Assembly: GCA_964200075.2 (NCBI GenBank)
Contig: CAXNAA020000030.1
Location: 1-33,786, forward strand
Reading direction: 5' to 3'
Source of the DNA: Sphacelaria rigidula
Taxonomy: Eukaryota
Length of the DNA stretch: 33,786 nt
The position numbers and the translations under genes are program-made. Position 1 is the stretch's first letter, and each line of letters starts with the position of its first letter. The notes beneath the pieces were generated by a model. The model saw only the letters and a program-made list of their open reading frames with translations. It searched no databases and was not told the DNA's origin. Below are positions 11,745-23,530 of the stretch, in pieces.

Positions 11745-11890
11745 TCCGTTGTACTCACGGCACCCCTCTTCCAAGACCCAACATATTTTTGAAATTAATA
11801 TGGTGTACAGATGATGAGCAAGAGCTAGTGCTAGGCGTGATGTTGTGGTGTGGATGTCTGTGCGTATTTTCTCGGGCTCGGTTGTGTAGG
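11745..11890 (+). repeat. Old dispersed repeat, paired with 23375-23530
   Basis: Colinear similarity: ccaagacccaacatattt..agatgatgagcaagagctagtgctagg..gtggatgtctgtgcgt..gctcggttgtgt versus ccaatacacaacaaattt..agatgaacaaagactagcgctgg..gtgggtgtctatgtgt..gctcgatgtgt. Confidence 0.5.
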
Positions 11891-13712
11891 GATACAATAA
11901 CGTGTTTCAGTCACACCGTTGAGATTGCCAGACCGGCTTCCGACTACGCCAAGCGCCGAAAGAACACCGCCTTCCCCAAAAGTCCGCTTTGTGTCTTCTC
12001 TTTAGGACGCAAAGTGGTCGTTGTGGGCAAGCAAGCTGCCTTGCTCGCTCCTTTTTTTTTTGTCTCGTTAAGATGGACCCTTGACCGTTCGACTGCGAAG
12101 CTTGAGAGACTACGCCTGTGTGCAGGAGCAAAGGGTGACCCGGGGCTGATCACATACCCGCTTACGTCTTGATTATTTTCTGCCGTGTCTCCAGCTGTTT
12201 GTTGGACGAGAGAAAGCCGATAATTAAATTCGAGTCCCAACGAAACCTTGATTTCATTCTCCAGAGGGCATGGTGGTGATGGAGGGTGAATTCGTGCAAC
12301 AATTTAGGTAAACCCTTCCCCCCCCCTCCCCGCCCCACCGCGCGGGATGAGGAGAACATCTCTCAGGTGGACACATTCTTCTGTTCCTTCGACGTTTATT
12401 TTTTCTCTGCCACCATTATATTAGCCGATATTCAAGAGTCTGAGCACCATTTCCGCCACACATGTTTAGTGTCCAGGCTTGATCACCAGCAAATTCCACC
12501 AAGTGTGCGCGATGTTTTTCTTCGAGCATCATGTCCAGAGAGCACACATGCGCGCGCATGGGACGCCATTGCATGAGCAACTAACTCGAGTGGCAACGCC
12601 GTATTTATCTCGGCTCCAACCTCTGTCTGCGCACCCAAACCCACGGACTTCGGGTGCGAGGGGAACTCTCACAATGTCAGGCGTGAGGTTCGCAAGGTCC
12701 GAGAAAACCCAATGCTTTGAGGCCTGAGAAAACGAATGGAAAAGGCGCACAGGAAGTTATGTTCTCGAAAATTCCTAGCCGGGAGGCAGGTGGGCTCAGA
12801 GTATACCAGGGGCATTCACGTCGAAAACGCCTTGACCGATCATGTTCCCCTCCACGTTTCACTCAATGCGGACCACATTCGTGCGTGGTGGTACTACGGT
12901 ACTGAGGTACTGCGTGCCGCGAGCGTGCCCGACGCGTGACAACACGGCTGGGCCTTGCTCACCACAGGACAAGAATCGCCCGAGTTCACGAAGAAATACA
13001 TAAGCCCTCGTGGAGTTTGCAAAGTGAGCACACAGTCAGTTAGTTGGTGAGGGTGTCAAGATGCCACATCTGCTTTTGAGGCCTGCTGGCCATTCGTGTA
13101 TTCGCGTTTGATGTTATTTTCGTTGTCCCATGTACCCCAAATCTCTAGATTTATTAGTCGGAGGTCAAAAAGGAGGGGAAGGTCCACGCCCCTTCTATGA
13201 ACTGCGGAGGGTACTCTGTACCGGTCGAGGCTGTCGAAGATGTTTCTGTAACGTCACGGGTCCTCTCCACTCAATTGACGGGCAATAATGTGGTGTGCAT
13301 ATGTCTTTCTCCGCGACAGTTTGGGTAAGCTTTCAGTCTTCTTCATATTTGCTCGGGTCTTCCGCGTATAATAGTCGTAGTAGACAGGACTCGACTGTAG
13401 AGCTTATATCTCGCCGAGATCTGAGTGTAGAACGCGTTCGGCTATGAATCACTGCCACTGACCTGGAGCAATTCAGTGCGTGAGGCTGTGACGTGTTAGA
13501 TACTGTCTCTGACTGACATGTATAATCAATCATGATCTTTGATCAGCGACGAACGGCAACAAACGATGACTGAGGGATGTCGATGTTGCGACTGAGTACT
13601 GGTCGTGAGCCATTTAATGTTGTCGCGAAGAAAAATGTGTACCTTGGGGGCTGTGGCACCACCACGTGGCGAATGAAAATTTCTCGGAAACATATCATTT
13701 CGAACTAGCGCC

Positions 13713-13932
13713 AACCCTAGAACCCAAACCTCAACCAAAGGCATACGGAGAACCCTCGGGCGAGGGAGGTGCGAAGCGTTCCGTTGGCGAAGTGTGGCGT
13801 TGGTAGACCTCAAATCGACGCCCACGGCGCCGATTTTGACGAAAACGCTTTCTGCGCAGGCTACCGGTAGGGGTATTTGGGGTTGTCAGGCCCACCAACG
13901 ATCCGAATATTGGTGTTTACACTCAAATCAAG
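13713..13932 (-). repeat. Repeat family R copy 2
   Basis: Its reverse complement aligns with 26351-26568 and 32042-32376 (tgcgcagaa.gcgtttt, tttgaggtct, ggaacgctt.gcac, gagggttctc.gt.tgcc). Confidence 0.8.
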
Positions 13933-14707
13933 TAATAGAATTCCGGGAAGGTTCTAATTGACGAAGTGTTACCAAGTGGTGAACACTACTGGCTTGGTCA
14001 GTGGGCTAAGTTCTTCACTCCCGTGGCGTAGGTGACGTGATACCATACATATACTCCTGTAACGTTGTAGGATACTTGAACATGAGGGGTGACGTGAACA
14101 TGCTACCCCATCGTGAATTTTAGTCTTCATCACAAATGGTTCGTCGTTGTGTTTGTGTTTACGCCAACCCCAAGATACTGTACACTGATAATTCGATAGC
14201 ATTGGTTGTAATAGGGCCCATCATTATTGAAGATGTGTTTTTCAAGATGGTGCTGCCTGCCCGTGTATGGCTTAAAAACCACCGCAAACATTTTTCTCGC
14301 GACCTCCTTGTAAAACGGGGGGGCAGTCGGGAAGGCGAGGCCGTGATCGACCGGCCCTCGCGGAATGCAGTAGCAGTACACACACAGAGATACAAATCTC
14401 GACTGTAAAAACTCCGCGCGAAGATTGTAACATGCTTGCATTTCTGTCAGTTGTATGCGTACCAATCCACGGTGCTCTTGACTCTACGATATGGCCTAGG
14501 GTGACACTGGCAAGAATCCTGATGACTCTCGCACGCTGACGAGCGCCACGGCGTGCTCACAGAGCAGTGCTGTAAAGTGTTGCGCTGCAGTCCGAAGTGT
14601 TCAGATTTTTCCTAACGTGAAGCTCCGGATAAAAAATCTGGGATTCGCGAACAACAGTGACGATAGTGATCGCCCTTGGGCCGCTTTTTGTGCTCCGTTT
14701 TTTTTTT

Positions 14708-14993
14708 GTCGAATCTCGGTGAAATCACACGGTCTGGAATTTTTTCTCACACCATGCCCAATACTGGAGAGCGACTATCTATGTCGTGGGTACACAATAT
14801 TCGGCTTCACGGTCGACGAGGGAAAAGGACTGCTGAACCCCTCTCGCGATTAGAAATATGGCAAGCACCACAGAAAAGAAAAAAAAAAACTACCGTGTTG
14901 TCATTCCCTCTGTGTGACCCCCGCTAATGCGCCCACATTTACCGAAATATGTAGACTGGCATTTAGAATAGATGGGATGACAACACGCACACA
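14708..14993 (+). mobile_element. tRNA-derived SINE copy B (head eroded)
   Basis: B-box remnant gtcgaatctc, conserved body (ggagagcgac..tgtcgtgggtacaca..cttcacggtcgacgagggaaaagga) and a CA-rich tail. Confidence 0.85.
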
Positions 14994-16087
14994 TTTTTTC
15001 ATCAAACACGGGTGCTTCTGAGACGTATCCGAGGAAACGTGTTTCAAAAATCGAGTACCGTATGTGTTCAAGGAAGTCACTCCTCAGATGGTCGTATAAG
15101 GGAGCGGGTTTACCCAATTTCGGCGCCAGAATCCCATGACAACACACACGCACATACTTCATTTTCGTCACATCCTACGGCTGACCTTAACCCCAACACC
15201 AGCTGAAAAAAGTTAGATACAGTACAGTGCTCTATACAACGTGCGTTTTTATTTCGGGTCATGTGGAGAGAGATCCATTTGAGTCAAAACGTGTGCGTGC
15301 TACGCTGGGCGGGGACTGGGAAAGGACTGTGGAAGGTAAACAGATTCGAAGTCGACCACCTGCACTAGAAGCAAGAAGCAAGGATGTTCACGCCCAACCG
15401 GGTTAAACTTTTTTCATGAAAATAATGCGGTGTCTCAAACTGTTTCAGACGTGTTGGTGACAAAACTGTTGTCAACAATCAATTGGAAACTCTTCCCCGC
15501 CCACCGCCTGCCGCCCCGCCACGAAGAAGAAATTATTGCTGCCGGTGGCGTTCAAAACGGGAATCTCGTGAAGGAGAAGCGGTTCTGACATGAGTATGTA
15601 AAAAATGTTGTCACCTGGAAGCAAATGCGCATACCTTTACACGAGTCGATGCCTCAAAACCCGTAAGATGTTATCTTATTGTATGTACCGCCCCTGAAGA
15701 CTATCGTCGAACGGAGAATTCGGTTGGTGAAGACTCAACCGTGATCGTTGCGAGCACAACTCTGTTTGCAAAGTGTTTGTTTATGCAGCTTCATTTTTTA
15801 TTTTTCCGTCCCGATATGGTACGGTAGGTCCTGAGGAGGATCGGCCCCGACCGACTCGAGATATGTGCACGGCCTAAAAACTCTCGGCTACTTTCACAAA
15901 CGAGATGTTGCTTCTCGATGTTGCGCGCAGTACGCCCACCATCGAACAGGGTTCGGTTTCCCGTAACATGCACAATTGTCATGAGATGGAATCGGCCGCC
16001 AAAAAGTGGAGGAGGGGGGAGGAAGGTGGTCCAGGTTCTCACCAATCCTAGGTGACGTAGCAGCCCGAAATATGCATAATTTTTTAA

Positions 16088-16199
16088 CACTTGACGTTCT
16101 ACCCATTGACGTGTGGGTCATGATCTGTTGAATCGGTATCGTGTTGACTCGAAAAAAAGAGAAAAGATCCACAGAGTAATCGGCCCTGGCGGGTAAAGG
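16088..16199 (+). mobile_element. piggyBac-like MITE copy with TTAA on both sides
   Basis: ttaa at 16084-16087 and 16200-16203. Internal gtgggtcatgatctgttgaatcggtatc matches the family. Confidence 0.7.
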
Positions 16200-16509
16200 T
16201 TAAAGGGTGGAACGGACGAAGCGCGCAGAGGTAACTTCCGTTTTGATATTTGCACAAAAAGGAGGAATCGCTGAATCGTCATTGCGTGCCCTTACCTTAA
16301 TTTAGGCGCAACTGACATGAAAAAATAGATAAACACCGTATTTCCTTAAAAGCAGTTCATCTCAAAATGATGTACTCTGTACGGATCGGCCGCGTCAAGT
16401 TATCAATAGCATCCCGTGGTCACTGCACCCACCATGGCTCGGTGTGCGGGTTCAGGGTTCAGATGTTGTTTCCTCTATTCTCTTGTGGTCGTTGAGGTTC
16501 CGTCTTGAA

Positions 16510-16606
16510 CCTTAGACCGCGAGGTTGATCTTCTGTTGAATCGGCATCAATTTCAAGTGGGAGAAAGTGCGCATGATCCAGAAAGACTAATCTCGCGGTC
16601 CAAGGG
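16510..16606 (+). mobile_element. piggyBac-like MITE copy
   Basis: TIR ccttagaccgcgag / ctcgcggtccaagg (13/14 match). Internal tgttgaatcggcatc. Degenerate tgaa/taaa flanks. Confidence 0.75.
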
Positions 16607-17030
16607 TAAACGAGGGAAGAAAAGTGAAGAGGCGATGTGACAGAAACGGTATTTTCTGGCGCTTTTGGATTTTTTTTGTTTTTGTTTGGTGTTCCTGGTT
16701 GGCTGTGAGTTGATGCCAAACTCTCATCCCGCCCGAAATCACTCTCACGAAAATTAGTCACTTGGGAATTTTGTAGTGGGGGCGTATGGGTGAACATTCG
16801 CTTGAGAGTGCGAAGAGGAACGTGACATGGTTGTAAGGCATGGGCCATAAGTGCAGGGAGATTCCGAGTGTCCGCCAGTGAGATATGAAAACTTGGCTAC
16901 TCATGCACTCAAATGCAACTGCCCTGCTGGTTATGAGTTTGAAAATTTCAAATATAAGCAGCAGAAATCATGGACCAACGTCTCCTACGTTTTTGCTACT
17001 GCCGTGCTGTGAAGAGGTACAGAGTACATA

Positions 17031-17116
17031 TTAATCGAGGGGTGCGGTGTCATTTGGGTTGTACACTCGCCTTCTGAGCGAAAATGATGCCGATTCTACA
17101 CGTCAATCAACCCACC
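17031..17116 (-). repeat. Degenerate partial MITE copy
   Basis: Contains atgatgccgattc (reverse complement of the family motif gaatcggcatcat) and ends in acccacc. Confidence 0.4.
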
Positions 17117-17892
17117 AATCACATACAAATGGCAAAAAATATATGAGGGGCGTGGTACCGTGCCCCCCTTCCGCAGAATGAGCAGCACATAAGATTCCTA
17201 CTGTCGATTCCGTACTAAATTTCCTCAAGTGGCGGGGCAAGAGGGCAATAGGGTGGGGAGCGGGGGGGTGGGGGGAGGGTGCTCGGATGACGTACAGGCC
17301 GTCACGGCCATCAGGACTAAACGGGAAGGAGGAAGGGAGGAAGGGAGTGGAGGTGCCGTGTCGTTGTGGTGAGTTGGACCTTGGTTGGGCCCTTTGATCA
17401 TCTCCGAAGTCTCGACTCGTGCCAGCCGTCCAGCTGTCCATGCATTTCCGATAGTTGACGATGATGGTTGGGGTGCGGTTTTGCAGGAGATGGGCTTAGG
17501 GACGAAGAGCTCGTGAAGGTCGGCTAATGGGGTAAGAACTATGTAAGACGAGACGAGACGAGAGAACGAGGGAGAAGCCAGACGTTTTTCGCACAACCTA
17601 GCTGTATGCGCAGCTACCTATCTTGCTTTGTTCTGCAAAACAGTTTTTATATATCTGGCATGTTCATGGGATCCAGATTACCGGTGCATAAGCCAATCTC
17701 GTCGGCATCACGCACGGAACGTGATCTTTGCCCCGGGCCCGCATGCATCATGCACCATGGACACGACCCCAGGTATGCTACGGGACGGTCGAACACCAGT
17801 AAGCACGCCGTTATGTTGTGTGCCTCTTTGTGCTTCGTGCGTGCACATTGCACATAGCCTCAAGCAACAGTACAGCACAAAGAGGGCCGTGT

Positions 17893-17985
17893 AAAAATTC
17901 GGCCCGGGAATCCACGTGATACCCTAGGCGCGACTCTTGGGTCTCACGTGCTGGGTCTTGGTTTCAGCGGGCCCTAAAATTCTAA
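17893..17985. repeat. Small imperfect hairpin element
   Basis: Inner stem cacgtgataccctag / cttgggtctcacgtg (13/15) inside outer aattcggcccg / cgggccctaaaatt. Confidence 0.5.
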
Positions 17986-18447
17986 CCATGTCGCGCACCC
18001 TTTGTCCGGTCGTGTAGGTATTTCCCGATCGTGAGACACGTACATACACGACACGTGCAACATGGAGTACCGGCCTCAATCGGCATATCTTGGCAGGGGT
18101 AACTCAGTCCTCGGATAGACGCACGTATGTAAAAATATTGTCCATGGTCAAGAGTATGATTGACGGAGGTGGGTCAGAACATGCCCCGAGCGATGGTTGC
18201 CGATTGCGCTTTGCGATCGGCACCTTTGCACACGCTCGCAACAACCCCCGTCGTATTATTATTTAATCCCATTATCACACTGCAGCGAAGCACTCAGCAC
18301 AGTACGAGTAGTCATTCTGGTTGATTGATGCTCGGGACAGGGGATGGGTGTATTTTGAGCCCCCGATCGAATGTGATAGTGGGCACACATGTCCCGAGAG
18401 GCCGGGCAAATGTAATACGTTGTGTGCGATCGTAGAACTTTGTTCAT

Positions 18448-18753
18448 GCCGGTCGCCCCGCTGGCTCAGTTGGTGACCTCGAAACCTTCTGACGGTTGGA
18501 TCGTGGGTTCGAATTTCGGTGCAGCCACGCAATCTTGGATTTTTTCTCACACAATGCCCGACAGTAGAGAGCGATAATGTCGTGGGTACACAAAATTAGA
18601 CTTCACGGTCGACGAGGAAAAGGAACCGCTGGGCCCCTCTAGCGATAAAAAAAAATGAGGCAAGCACCGCACAAGAAAGATGAAGAACTGGAACAAACAA
18701 AAAAGAAGGAACTCCTGTGTTGGCCATCCTCCTGTGTGACCCCGGCTGGTGCG
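18448..18753 (+). mobile_element. tRNA-derived SINE copy C (intact Pol III head, 3' truncated)
   Basis: A box TGGCTCAGTTGG at 18462-18473 and B box GGTTCGAATTT at 18506-18516, followed by the family body. Confidence 0.9.
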
Positions 18754-21700
18754 TCATCGGGAACATTGAGCACGTTATTATTCCAAGACGAGGGCGATCG
18801 ATCACGTGATTCACGTGTGTCGCCCGCGTGCGTGGTCGATCTGCTGGATTCGTTTGCCCGTGCGATTACCAGTGGGTGTATTGATCGCTGTTGTCAGCTG
18901 TAGCGTGAACTGCAAGAAATCGTTGTCCAGCCAAGTTGCGCAAGCGCCCGATCAGGAAGAAACGAAACATAACGCCTCTACTGTAGAAGTCAGCAAATCC
19001 AAGCTGGCGCACCTTACACTTGAGTCGGTTACATCACCCTGAAGCCTCGAATCGGCGGTTGAGCTGACCGTGGATATCTTTCAGAGGTGTCGTATTGTGT
19101 AGCACCCACCATGAGCTTTTTTTGCCCAGCAACTGATTGTGATGAGGCGTATGCTGGGACTGCCGGGGTGTTGCTTTCCACGTATGCACATGGGGTGGCG
19201 TTGGACTCACGGCAAAAAAAGCTGCTTAGTCTGTAGCTGCAGCGCCTTCTGCGATTCAAGCGGAGCTGCAACATGCAGAGCTTAAACTATACAGTAAATA
19301 CGTGGGTGCAGTGCAGTCCAGTGCAGTGCAGTACTCCGTCTCGTGCGACGTAATTCGTTGTTCCTCACGTTTCCTCCCTCATGCCTTTCAGCACGTGAAC
19401 ACAGCAACCTGCGACAGAGTGGTTTGCCCAGGTCTTGAGGTCATCAATGTTTTTCCGCTGACAGTGTCGAATCGCCGCGATTTGGCGTGCCGTCATCACG
19501 TCGCTGGTACGGTACCGACCCCACTGCAGACCTAAACTTTGTTGGTTATAGCCGCTTTGATGCTCTTGTATGATTCTAGAGGTGTGGACATCACGAGTCA
19601 GCTGTCCTACGCTGGACGTTGGTCGTGGTGGAGTCCTTGTCGTGGTTCTTCATATGTTGCCCTTGGAACCGACTCCAAGCTACTGTTGGTCACTTGCCGA
19701 GATGTTCGGAGCTGCAGTGACCAATCCGTGTACTCTGCAGTACCACAAAATACTGACTGCCTCGCACTGTTGTACCAAGCCTGTCACTACTAACTGTAAT
19801 GCCGTGCTGTAGTGTATACGTTCTTGATCGGAAAAATATTTCCTTCCACAAGCGCGATCGTACACCCGAAAAGTATGGTCCATGTAGACGAGTCCTTGTA
19901 CGATGAGGCAGGTCTCTTTCCCACCCCCTGTGTTGAATGTGGTGGTGATTTTGAAGTCAGTTTTGTAATTGATTGCCAACCAGATGCTCATCTCGTCTGC
20001 GAGAAACTAACGTTCAAAATATACTACTGAAAACTCTGCGCAATTATCTCAGTTTTCTCTCCTAGATGAACCCTGAGCCGTCTGCTTTGCATCACTGTAT
20101 AGTAGTATCGTTGACTGTTTGCCATGTAAAATCCTTGCTGGTAAGGATAGGTTTCTCTGGAAGTGTCGAAACCGTCACGCAGCAACAGTTGGATCCAACC
20201 ACCGTGCCTGTTCCCCACACCTCTACTGTCAACTCGACTGGCCATGAATGTATGTCCAGTCAAGCCACTGTTCATGTCAGAGGGGCGACCGTCCAGTCAA
20301 GTTGAGCTGTAGACGGAGAGCAGGTCAGTCTTCCCCTTGTTACCATGAATGGCTAGAAGTAGACGCTCGTGGGTTGATGAATTTTCGACAGTGGTTATCT
20401 TGCTTACTGCAACGACCATAATCTAACATCAAGAGGCGTTTTCAGATGAGCCTTGACGATATTTTCGTGACTTAATGGCAGGGTTGCCATATCTCCCAGT
20501 TGTATCACCATACCCCGTTATTGGCACCGTATCCACCCCCCTGTCCCTACAACTTGTAACCTCATGAATTTTTTTCACTCTTGTCCAAAAACCATTTCTA
20601 AAGCAGAGGGAAGCCCTCTGCTCATTAGCTGCAGCAGTGTCCCAACCCACCCAAGTGACTTCATAAATTAACCGGTCTTTTGCTACACTCCCCCGCACCC
20701 CCTCCCGAAAAGGTTCGGCGCGGTCTCCAGAAAACTCTCAAACTCAGCCGCCTCACCGGTTTTACCATCACATCAGTTCGACTCTTCCGACGCGCGGTCG
20801 AGTCGTAACAAAGTTCCGAGAATGGTGTAGTTTGCTCGGACTTGAGGATCATACTTTCACGACGCGGATACGCTATTCACGTCTGACAGCGTGATCATTA
20901 GTATGTAGATGATCTCCCGGCTCGCAACTTGCCGAATTTGTGCCCATGAAAAATTTCGAGTGTGGTATCAGGTCAGAAAGATATGATGGCTCCTGCTGTA
21001 TGGCATGTTTCTCGAGGGTGCAGCTCTTCCTCCTCTTTATGGAAAAATTGACGCTGGGAAGCTACAGTAGTTGTGGGATTATCGTCAATTAATTAGCAGG
21101 GGTATCTTACTCTGTCACGTACGCGAGGCTGACGGTTTCGGAAGCCAGGTCGGTCGTTCGACACCACTCAAGCCCGAAAATTGACAGCAGGTCACGTAAC
21201 AACATAAAAGTTACGGAACGAGGGTGTGCGCACGCGAGCGCATTTGACACTCCAAATGCGATTTAGACGTCGAATTTACTTGCCTAGCTTCTGACGTCAC
21301 ACGTCCTGGCCGCGCACGTACTGTCGCACTTCCGTGCGCTTGGTGACAGCAGAGGTCACAATGTTACTACGATGTGAGTGTAACATTTGAGTGTAACATT
21401 TCCACGGAACAGCTCAAGTCAGACACATTCTGGCAGCACACCTACATTACTGCTTTGGCACTTGGTGCCAGCAGAGATTACAATGGCACCCTCGCCGCCG
21501 CGAGATGTAGTACAATACATTACGCGTAAGCAGCTTGCAGGGCCGCATTGAACGGTGTTTGCGGCAAGGAGAAGCCGGCGGAGGTCCCGAGGTCGGTGCG
21601 AGGAACAAGCGGTTTCAGCCCGTCCCAGGGTGCCCTCGAGTGGGCATAGAGTGACTGTCTCACGTGCTCTCAGCGTTACATGGGTGCACGACATTGGTGG

Positions 21701-22146
21701 AACCGCGGAAAAACCCGGGAAAAGCGACATGTTATTAATGGCAGTAGACCATTTTGGACGCCTTTCATGTACACTTGGTTCTTTTCAATGTATCTCGGTT
21801 TCCTAGATGCAGGGGGCATTTTTTATGCCACCCCGCGCCACCGTGATATTGCACGCCGCTCCGACCTATGTAGTCGGTTGATGAGCGTCATGCAGATCAG
21901 CGCAAACTGCATTGGTATCTACCGGTGCAGTCAGGGCAGACAACTCTCTGCTCTCTGCCTGAGGGATGACCGTCTGCCTTCCCATTGGTTCGGGTCAGGA
22001 TCTGGTCACGTCAGCCAAAAATCCGAAAATAAACTGAGCGCCTGAGATGTTGGAGTGTTTCATTTTCCTCGGTCACTGCACAAGTAGACAGCATTTCACA
22101 AAAAAATCCAATAAATCCCTCGTTAAGAATTAGTAGATGCCTTGAA

Positions 22147-22350
22147 CCCTTCGATCTCCAGGGTAGGTCATAAGGGTCGCGCAGTATTATCTCAAGTAGA
22201 AGTGATGCCGATTCAAGACATCACCCACCCTGGCTGTGAAGGGCTTAAATTCACCACTTGACCGCGAGCATGGGTCATATGTTGAATCTACGTCGATTTC
22301 ACCAGAAAAATCACTGCATGACCGCATGACCTACCCTTGCGGTGTAAGGG
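22147..22350. mobile_element. Two inverted adjacent copies of the piggyBac-like MITE (22147-22244 minus, 22254-22350 plus)
   Basis: The outer ends are ccctt...aaggg. gatgccgattcaa in the first copy mirrors ttgaatctacgtc in the second. ttaa lies at 22245-22248 between them. Confidence 0.75.
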
Positions 22351-23374
22351 TTGAACGGATTTTTTACCCCTGTAGCGCCCATGCGTCAACAGGCCGTTTT
22401 TGTTTCTTCTCCGCCAGTGCTTCGGAATCGTTGTTTTGGCGGGAGAGACAACGCCTCCTTGTATACAAGGAGGTCCCGGCTAGCCAAGCCATTGCAACGC
22501 ATGGCTCGTGCGGTCTCCTGGTTGTGGTTCCACACCAACTGTAGACGCTCCCCCATCGCCTACGTCGTAGGCATCTCCGATGTTGTAAGCGCCGACGGCA
22601 GCGCTAGCGAGACACTGATGCGCGCAGGGCGCGCCATTGTGCTTGCCACGAGTTCTCCTCGAAGACATACAGGCTAGAGTGCGCTGGACTCCATCAACAG
22701 ACAAAACCCCAAGCCGGCTGCACAACTATGTCAAGCTGCTGCCATCCTATTGGTGAAAAAAAAACAAAGGTGATCTAGTTCTAGCGCCAGAGCGACCTGC
22801 TGCCGGTTGCTCGTCTTCACTGTCGTCATGCCCCGGGCGTGACTGTCAGACGCTGAATCGGTCAAGGGCACGTTTCAAGTAACGGTGCAATGTGAACGGA
22901 GGAAAGTGAGGAAGCGCCTCTCACAATAATATTTTGAGATCAGGATAAGTTTATTGTTTTCATTAGGTGGGTTTGTGTGGGAGGATACTTTTTTGTCCCA
23001 AAGAACGGCCTGGACTCGATCGATGCGTTCCCCCCCCACTCCCCCGCGTGCAAAAAACAAACAAAAAAAAAATCTGCAAAGAGGATCTTGTCGTCAGTTG
23101 GAAAAGAAATATAGGTTCTCGTTTATTCGGGTACATGCAAAGGCTTGACACACAACTCAACATCATCAAAGGTGGACCTGAGGAAGTCACTGCCCCCGTA
23201 AACCACTAGAACGTACAGCTCGAGCCCTAGCTGCTCATCAGCTCAGCGCGCTAAGCGTGACCTTTCACAAATCTGTTCAGGATCTCCTGAGGAACGATGT
23301 TTCGTGTCAGACGCGCGCACAGCACACGCACACGCACACCAGAGTATCGGCACCTGCACGTTTTCGGTTGTAGA

Positions 23375-23530
23375 GTAAGTTGACACGCACGCGGCCACCT
23401 TACCTCCAATACACAACAAATTTCCCTTAACGACTGCCATGTGTAGATGAACAAAGACTAGCGCTGGATCTGATGCGCGTAAGGGGTGGGTGTCTATGTG
23501 TGTGTCTTTTCGGCGCTCGATGTGTGAGTG
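23375..23530 (+). repeat. Old dispersed repeat, paired with 11745-11890
   Basis: See 11745-11890. Confidence 0.5.

Noticed and set aside
18448..18525. tRNA gene (also 29426-29505)
   Set aside because: A and B boxes are present, but the acceptor stem does not pair properly and the sequence continues into a shared repeat body, so it is a SINE head.
19860..19930. Alternative minus frame SSYKDSSTWTILFG resembling a 2OG-Fe(II) HxD motif
   Set aside because: It needs a Y-to-H change, the frame has stops, and it conflicts with the frame favoured by the acceptor.
22618..22677. MRAGRAIVLATSSPRR resembling the Maf N-terminal motif IVLASxSPRR
   Set aside because: The frame stops three codons later, there is no good donor, and I found no further Maf exons. 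Likely chance.
22484..22677. AKPLQR... as the methyltransferase exon after the GC donor
   Set aside because: Weak acceptor and no family motif. Exon 5353-5447 fits far better (YFIYVCIK).
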